Source: Tubiluchus corallicola (lineage: Eukaryota > Animalia > Priapulida). From it: a stretch of 64,000 nt of DNA. A program made the position numbers and the translations under genes. A model generated the notes under the pieces. That model did no database searches. It was given only the letters and a program-made list of their open reading frames with translations, and was not told the DNA's origin. How positions within the stretch are numbered: the first letter of the stretch is position 1; each line of letters opens with the position of its first letter. Location: contig JAQGDQ010000042.1 in assembly GCA_030141605.1 (NCBI GenBank), forward strand, positions 876,651 through 940,650. The letters run 5' to 3'. Below, one piece after another: positions 55,601 through 64,000 of the stretch.

Positions 55601-56689
55601 TCTCGCCACACGGTGCGTGCTTATTTGTATCCGCCTTTGATTCGTCTTTTCAACTGTATTTCTATTGCAACCTTTACAGACACAATGCTATATTGGGCGG
55701 TTGGTAAACTGATGCCCTACCATTAAAGTTAGTGGGAGCCTATTCTATGCGTCCAGTAATGAACCGCCAGTAGCATATGCACTGTTAGATCAGCTCCATT
55801 TGCGAGCTCTTTTCTTATTCTCAAATTAATTTTTTCCCAAACAGTACACGGACAGACTGACTCTGTTGTGAGGGTAAAAAAGCATGTTGTCGATTTGGCG
55901 TTGGTAAAAGTGAAGGGAAAATTGACAATGATGAGTCCCGCTGGGACACTCACTGGAGCGCGAGGCGGATAGAGAAACCAGAAAATGGACAAGATTTACA
56001 TAACAGAGACGCCCTTCTAGCGTACAGGTGGTTGGATTCATGCAGTTTGGCAATCCGTCCAGACAGTGGGCTTACGGCACCAAATTCGATTGCTTAGGAT
56101 GTTAGTTTAAATTCAATAGGTAGAGTAGTTTAAGACATTATGACCTACGAAGACATCGATCTGCATATAAAACATTTTATTTCTATTTTATTTTTTTAAA
56201 GTAACCAAAAAATATTTGATTTAGCTAAATTAAGCGCATTTAGTAAATTACGTTCTATGTGTTAAATCTGGCAAATTATTTAGTCAAACATTAATGAAAA
56301 TTAACTTTTCAACACGTTGGTGTTTTTGCAGACATACGCAAGTAATAATTTTAGTCTTTGTGTCTCTCGCGTATTTATTCTAACCAGTCGTTTTACTGTT
56401 GTACATATTTTGTTCTTTTACACGGTTAATTTTTATACTATGCATGCATACTTAATGTTTTACTGTTTGTTATTCCCGATGAAGACCTGAGTTGGGTGGA
56501 GCACGTGTAGCAGTAAGGTAATTATAGTAAGGTAATATAAATGAAAACACGAACGATAATGTTTGATACTATGCAATAAAACTTTTTATTGTATATGTTG
56601 TATAACAGCCCAACGATATATATTAAAAATACACATTGACAATATAACCATTTAGAGCATTTAACTGTTGTTAGCAATATTTTTAGTTT

Positions 56690-57350
56690 TATTTATTAAT
56701 TCTTTATTTGTCATTAAAGTGGTTCACTCATTATCACAAAACTGAGTAAGCCTCAGCGTAATGTTAAAATAACAACACTGTTCAAGACAAATGCGTCCAG
56801 TGCATACTAAAAAAACTACAGTGCAAAACTAAGGCCTAGTTATATACAATAGATGAACATATTTACAAACACCATATTAAAATATTTTTACAAAACAATA
56901 TTACAAAAGTACATTAAATTTTACATGCCATATTTTACACTATATATACATTTGACATGACACAATTAACATAACATTACATTACATAATTTTTTTAAAA
57001 ATTTTACATTTTTAATCGTTTTATGGAGTTAGAGGCGGGGGTAGATGAAAGTTGAGTCTGTGTAATTAGTATCAGAAGCACAATGTGGAAGTTGAAACCT
57101 GTTATATTGATATTTTTCAATTTCTTTTTAAAGTGGTGGACAGATTCCATTTGTTTTATTTCACACACTGGGTAGTAAGTTCCATAAATGTATGGCCTGT
57201 TTTGACATAGAGTTATTTCCAAATTTATTGTTTACTCTAATTTGCTTTAAATTGTGTGTTCGATTGTTTAAAATGGTATCAGGAATATTGTTAATGAACA
57301 TGATAATGACAATATGAGGCGTTTACAGATAACTATTCGGGTTAAAAATG
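56690..57350 (-). mobile_element. 5'-truncated L2/CR1-group (Crack/Daphne-like) LINE: ORF2 end plus 3' UTR
   Basis: Minus strand reads THNLKQIRVNNKFGNNSMSKQAIHLWNLLPS/(frameshift)/EIKQMESVHHFKKKLK, i.e. the LWN.LP..IK...S...FK..LK terminus of this LINE group. It is followed by a UTR ending aataaagaattaataaataaa. Confidence 0.8.
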
Positions 57351-58791
57351 TTAATATAACACATTAAGTACAATACTATATATACACAATTACAAAATTA
57401 CACAATCACTATGTACAATTTAAAAGTTTTAAGATTTTACAGCAGTTTATAGGATATAATGACTGAGGAGTGTTCGTGAAGTTTTTTCTATACCATTGTG
57501 AGCATATATGTTACTGTAGTTTGTGAGGCTGCCTAGTTAAAATTATATAGTTTCTTATAAGCCTTAATTTATGTAGGCTATTTTATGCATATATTTTAAA
57601 CATCCTAATCAAAACAAAACATTTCTGTATACGATAAACAATTAGACCTGTTCATCGAAATTTTATATTTGGTGATTTTGTTTATAATTCGACTTTGATT
57701 TGCATGCAATGAATGATTAACTGTTACGTGATACATGATTTTCCCAATAATAACATCCACCACAGCAGTAATTTTACATTTTCTGTCCAAACTTTTCACG
57801 TTAGTTCGGTAACCCGGAGCAACACTTACGATAATGATGGCTGCATTTTGGCGGGACCGAATCTGTCTCATTCCGAACCAGCAAGACCGGCAGTCAACTT
57901 TGAATGCATATACATGTGTAAATTCTCTTTCAAAGAGATAAATATCTGGAGCAGTATGGGAGATAAAACAACCCGGAAGATACTCGTCAATTTTACAGCC
58001 AGGCTCAGGGTTGCTTGACTTCGCAGACAAGCACGTACTGTATCATTTGTAAAAAGTGGTGGCATAACAGCGAGTGTATCGTTGCTGCACGTATATACAT
58101 CCAAACTACATGAATATCCAATGACATGTAACAATACTCCTTAGTGGCATACTTAATGTCATACTAACGCGTCAATCAAAAATGATTACAACCTAAAGGG
58201 AGCAACAATTATTGTAATATGCAGCTGTGAAGCATCAAATGCTGTATTAATGTGGACTATCTGTTCATCTATGTCAGCAATAGATTGCGTACAAAGATCA
58301 CTGAACGATTGCTTGGCATTGCTAGTGGGGTAATATACTTAACAAAATTTGAAAGAAAAACAATAATTTATTAACCATACATTTATTGATTCTTGTTGCA
58401 TGCGAAAAAGAAAACCTTGACTAAGATAGCTTTTTAATAAAGGTACAGTACAGTACTTAAAATATATAGTACATCAATATTTTATTGGCACGTAGAGAGA
58501 TTTGTTATTTAAACAAGAAGTTAAAATAATTCCTGCTCAGACTTCCCAAAACGAACTGAGACATGTTATGTGTTGACGCCAGAGCTACCTGGTGTCAAAA
58601 GTAAGAACTTTAAATGTGCTAACAGAATAATATTTAGTAATAGTAGACAAATATTAATTAATGAGTTTTCCACAGTGGTTGAAGATGTTGTGAAAGTCTT
58701 CTGATAATGTTGTAACACCGTGTCAAAATATAAACAATAAAGACAATGGTGTCATCAACAATAGTCGTCGTTTTGTTTGCATTATCTACTA

Positions 58792-60180
58792 TCTCTTATA
58801 TTAATATTCTTGGTATCTTAATATATATATAAGATTCGAGGCTACAGCCCGGACGAGGGCACCATTTGCGGCGATCTATACATCAAACGAAAGGTCTCGA
58901 TCTAGTGTCGTGCCATTGATGGTTTATTTTTCGAATCGGGCCCACCGGGAGGAACGGGGGGCGAAAAACCTCCAAAAATGGCCCTTTTTCGGGCGTTTTT
59001 TGCAAAAAATTGCAAAAGTTATACGGCTGAGATGTAGAGAACGGGAATGGGTCGAGGGGGGTGCTGGGTATGGATAGATAGCCCGTTCAGCGGTGGGTGT
59101 AGTAGGCATATTTAGCATTCCCGAGAAGGCCACGGGGTCCCGCAACGGGCGTTTTCCCGGACCCAACTCGTGATTTTTTCGAAATTTTGACCAAACAGTA
59201 TGCGGGAAAAACGTTCTAGCGGCGCCCGGTGGGACTCTCGGAAGGAGATATACGGCTCTTTAGAAAGAGGAAGGACAGGGCTACACGATGACGTAGGCTA
59301 CATTTTAGGGCAGGTCCACCGAGAGAAGTACCGACGAGTTAATTAGAGGTTCTATTTTCGGCGATTTTCGCTTAGAAAACTACTGACGCAATGCCATTGT
59401 TGTGACGTCATCCACTGTACTCTGTCTATAATCTTATAACTTTAATTCAGTAAAAGCTACAGGCTTTGCGTTAGTTAAACAAACAGTAGGCACGATGTTA
59501 AGGGCTTCGTGTTATAAATGAGGACTAGGTAGGATGTTCGCGTATTATTGATTACACGTGGTTTTTTAAGCAAAATCTTTTGCTGGGCCTTTGCTATTTA
59601 TTATATTATAGCACATAGTTTCAACTTTGTGAAAATGTTTTGAATGGTTTTGTTGTAATGCTGTGCTGTTGGTGCTTGTGCTATAGGTGTCATCATCATT
59701 GCCACCATCATCATCATCATCATCAACATCATGATCACCACGTGAGGTGGTGGATTTGATGTGGTGTGGTGGTGGTGTGCTTTGTGTGTTGTGCTATGGA
59801 TGGTGTGGTGGTGTGATAGGGTGTGTGGGGTGTGGTGTGGGTAGTGTGGTATGGAGTGGGTGGTGTGGTGTGTGGGTGGGTGGGTGTTGTGGTGCAGTGT
59901 GGTGTTATGGTGTGGTGCAGTGCGATGTGATGTGGTGGAGTATTATGGTGTGGGTGGTGTGGTGCAGTGGTATGGTGTGGTGCAGTGTGGTGTGATGTGG
60001 TGGAGTCGTATGGTGTGGGTGGTGTGGTGTGTAGGTGGTATGGTATGGTGTGGTGCGGTGCGGTGGTATTGTGTGGTGCGATGAGGTGGAGTGGTATGGT
60101 GTGGTGTGATGAGGTGGAGTGGTGTGGTGTGGGTTGTGTGTTGATTTGTGCACAAAATTCTTTTTGTGGGGTTTGGCTAG
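58792..60180 (+). mobile_element. Non-autonomous Helitron, complete copy (1389 bp)
   Basis: Preceded by A and begins TC(TCTTATATTAAT). Ends with the hairpin cacaaaa-ttct-ttttgtg (60151-60168) and then CTAG (60177-60180) followed by T. No TIR, TSD or RepHel ORF. Confidence 0.85.
59745..60140. repeat. GTG-rich (TGTGG/TGGTG-based) satellite inside Helitron copy 1
   Basis: Direct inspection. Confidence 0.95.
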
Positions 60181-61832
60181 TCTCTTATATTAATATTCTT
60201 GGTATCTTAATATATATATAAGATTCGAGGCTACAGCCCGGACGAGGGCACCATTTGCGGCGATCTATATATCAAACGAAAGGTCTCGATCTAGTGTCGT
60301 GCCATTGATGGTTTATTTTTCGAATCGGGCCCACCGGGAGGAACGGGGGGCGAAAAACCTCCAAAAATGGCCATTTTTCGGCCGTTTTTTGCAAAAGTTA
60401 TACGGCTGAGATGTAGAGAACGGGAACGGGTCGAAGGGGGTGCTGGGTATGGATAGATAGCCCGTTCAGCGGTGGGTGTAGTAGGCATATTTAGAATTCG
60501 CGAGAGGACCACGGTGCCCCGCAACGGGCGTTTTCCCGGACCCAACTCGCGATTTTTTCGAAATTTTGACCAAACAGCCTGCGGGAAAAACGTTCTAGCG
60601 TCGCCCGGTGGGACTCTCGGAAGGAGATATGGGGCTCTTTACAAAGAGGAAGAACGGGGCTACACGATGATGTGGGCTGTATGTTAGGGCAGGTCCACCG
60701 AGAGGAGTATTGGCGAGTTAATTGGGAGTTCCATTTTCGGCAATTTTCGCTTAGAAAACTGTTGACGCAAAGGCATTGTTGTGACGTCATCCATTGTATT
60801 CTGTCTATAATCTTATAGCTTTAATTCAGCAAAAAGCTGCCTGCTACGGGTTTGCGTTAGTTAAACAAACAGTAGGCATGATGTTACGGGCTTTGCGTTA
60901 TACATGAGGACTAGGTAGGATGTTCGCGTATTATTGATTACACGTGTATTTATACGCAAAATCTTTTGCGGGGCGTTTGCTATTTATTATATTATAGCAC
61001 ATAGTTTCAACTTTGTGAAAAATGTTTGGAATGGTTTTGTTGTAATGCTGTGCTGTTGGTGCTTGTGCTATAGGTGTCGTCATCGTTGCCACCATCATCA
61101 TCATCATCAACATCATGATCACCACGTGAGGTGGTGGATTTGATGTGGTGTGGTGGTGGTGTGCTTTGTGTGTTGTGCTATGGATGGTGTGGTGGGGTGA
61201 TAGGGTGTGTGGGGTGTGGTGTGGGTAGTGTGGTATGGAGTGGGTGGCGTGGTGTGTGGGTGGGTGTTGTGGTGCAGTGTGGTGTTATGGTGTGGTGCAG
61301 TGCGGTGTGATGTGGTGGAGTATTATGGTGTGTGGTGTGTGGGTGGTGCGGTGTGGTGTGGTGCAGTGGTATGGTGTGGTGCAGTGTGGTGTGATGTGGT
61401 GGAGTCGTATGGTGTGGGTGGTGTGGTGTGGTGTGTGGGTGGTGCGGTGTGCTGCAGTGGTATGGTGTGGTGCGGTGTGGTGTGATGTGGTGGAATGGTA
61501 TGGTGTGGGTGGTGTGGTGTGGTGTGGTGCAGTGTGGTGTGCAGTGTGATGTGGTGGAGTATTATGGTGTGAGTGGTGTGGTGTTCTGTGTGGGTGGTGC
61601 AGAGGTATGGTGTGGTGCAGTGTGGTGTGATATGGTGGAGTGGTATGGTGTGGGTGGTGTGGTGTGTAGGTGGTATGGTGTGGTGCAGTGCGGTGTGGTG
61701 GTATTGTGTGGTGCAGTGTGGTGCAGTGTGGTGCGACGAGGTGGAGTGGTATGGTGTGGTGCAGTGTGGTGTGATGAGGTGGAGTGGTGTGGTGTGGGTT
61801 GTGTGTTGATTTGTGCACAAAATTCTTTTTGT
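60181..61832 (+). mobile_element. Non-autonomous Helitron, second head-to-tail copy, 3'-truncated within the terminal hairpin
   Basis: Restarts tctcttatattaatattcttgg immediately after CTAG. Collinear with copy 1 but with scattered substitutions and indels. Stops at cacaaaattctttttgt, with no CTAG. Confidence 0.85.
61128..61805. repeat. Expanded GTG-rich satellite inside Helitron copy 2
   Basis: Same blocks as 59745-60140 with extra internal repetitions. It produces the H/T/P- and W/C/G/V-rich spurious ORFs. Confidence 0.95.
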
Positions 61833-64000
61833 CCATGTCTATGTCTATGTTTATGTCTATGTCTAATTGTCTATGTCTATTAATTGTTGTGTGTTTGGTA
61901 ATAATTGTACCTGTAACTTACTTCACGCAAACTGATTAAAGATAGTCTGAAATTTAGGTATAATTGTAAACTTTTGTAGTACAATACTGGTGTATATATT
62001 GATGTGTGATGTTAAAATATTAACATCTATATACATTATAGCATATTTAAGCCCAGTGAATGTTTGATAGCTTTTACTGCATCAAACTCGCGACTGCGTG
62101 GCTACAATGATGTCTTTATAATCTCAACTCAAACGCAATTTCATGCTTTTATGTGTCAGGTCACGTGACCAAAGATTTATCTTTTGTGAACGATTCTCAT
62201 TTAGTCGAGTCAAGGCGTCTGACAGTCATTTATTAGTAAGATCATTGAGTGTTTCTCTTTATACAGAGCAGCTTTTACTAATAAATGCCGTTTCTTGGTT
62301 AATTAGTTAAATAAATTAGTAAATTAGACTTACCACGTATGAAAAAAAACACGTAAAAAATTAATACTTAGCCAGGATGTAACCTGGGGCCTTTTGAATT
62401 GAAACCAGGCATTGCATCACCAACAGAGTTATTGCAGATTTTTGGAGACAAGCCCTCATCATAATTCTTTTTATTAAAAATGTGTTTTTGATTATTTTCA
62501 CACCGGCCACAGAAATTAAGGTCTTCAGTTGCAAAAACCTCATTAATTATTAAAAAATAAATAATTATTACAGCTTGGTCTTTTTTCGAAATAATGCTTA
62601 TTTTGCTTAGTTTGGCTTTTGTACTAAAAGTTCTAGTTACATAATTGTTGTACATACCTTACATTTTTAAAATTATTCCTTTTTAACAATTAATCATAGA
62701 AACGCACGAAAGCAACACCAACTTGGAAAGTCTTTAAAATTTTCCACCTCCAATTGGACGCGAACCAAAAACCTTCTGCCTTCCGGGCAACCACGCGAAG
62801 TCATTCTGAGTAATTTAAGTCTTCATGCACTAACTGGAGCTAATGACTTTTGAAATATAAAGTCATATCAAACTTTTCTAAAACCAGTCTACTAATGCCC
62901 GTATAAACCGCACTAAAAGAGAAAAAGAAGGAAATAAAAACAAAATAACGACTGTGAAGTCGATGAGAACGGCCACCCCAACAACAATAACAACGACGAC
63001 GGCGAAACTAAATAAACAGCAGTAACAACATTTGCACTAAACACAATACATGTCCTAGACAAAAATTCAGACACTTTTTTATATTACTCGTGGCAGTGCG
63101 ATAGACTCATTTACTGCCAAGCATACATGATGAATTAGGATTTCTTAATTAACTACTAATAATATTAATTAGTGTTATATATTTGCGTTTCTGCCTTTAT
63201 GTCAGACTTATTATACTGTTGAGCTTGAGTGGGAAGACCCTTCAAGGCAGTAGGAACAAAGTTGATTTCCATAGTAATGTGACTGCAAACGCAAGTGCAT
63301 CGAAGCGACGGAAATCCGGTGCGACATGGATAATAGGAAGCCGCGAGTAACATCTCCAGTAATAACGCTCACAATGTATCATAAAGACAATGAGGAAAAT
63401 ATTAGCATGCTTGTTATCATGCCACGGTATCCAGCTTTAAATGTAATTATGCAGATTCGCTTTCTGATTGATGAATATGTATCACAACTGACTGAGTTTA
63501 AAGAAAACTGTAAGAAGACGTGTCTCCTCGATATATGCAAATATGTTTGAACGATTTAGGAAATTGGCATTGGCATTTACAGCAATTTTCTCTGGCCCAA
63601 ACTAACGCGATTTGTTAGAGAATGTATTATTGTCATTGAGAGTGACGTTTTACCCATATGCAACACTAGTCCATGCCTATGCATTTCTGCCTTAGCATTT
63701 CCCCAATACATGTACAACAAAATAGATATTAATGAAAAATTATGTATTCAAGGTTTTTGGCAGCTAGCTTAAAATATTGGTATTGGCAAAACTTACAGCA
63801 AAAATTATATAATTGTAAATAGTTACGATAATTTTAGGAAATTAGTGAAAATAATTCTTACCACAAATTATCGCAGCTTGGAGTTCACTCAAATATTAAA
63901 AAACTGTTCTCATTTCAGAAGTACTGATTTATGCAAATTGTAACAAACAAACAAACAAACGGGCTGATAAGCGAAAAAAATAATAATGAAGAAGATTATG
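61830..64000 (-). repeat. Right arm of the inverted duplication of 45112-47282 (runs off the window edge)
   Basis: Reverse complement of the left arm, with no net indel (constant coordinate sum). Confidence 0.97.

Noticed and set aside
59747-61883. Long His/Thr/Pro- and Trp/Cys/Gly/Val-rich ORFs
   Set aside because: Stop-poor translations of the GTG-rich satellite within the Helitron copies.

Overview
AT-rich eukaryotic (invertebrate bilaterian-like) genomic DNA. The only host gene I can recognise is the 5' half of Pax6 on the minus strand. It has three clear coding exons (9443-9573, 8698-8913, 5363-5570) encoding a complete Pax6-class paired domain and the conserved DKLRMLNGQ linker, plus a likely short first coding exon (10425-10455). 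The homeobox exons are not visible and probably lie left of the window. The ~53 kb upstream contains no recognisable gene. It holds microsatellites, MITEs, decayed RTE- and CR1/L2-type LINE fragments and GC-richer enhancer-like islands. The right end is structurally unusual: two diverged head-to-tail copies of a non-autonomous Helitron (TC...hairpin-CTAG) carry an expanding GTG-rich satellite. The second copy is cut inside its terminal hairpin and fused, via a short microhomology, to an apparently identical inverted copy (at least 2171 bp) of 45112-47282. Degenerate hammerhead-ribozyme-like motifs and an interstitial (TTAGG)15 tract are also present. Most entries in the supplied ORF track are spurious. 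I found no clearly new biological system. All identities were judged by eye, with no database searches.
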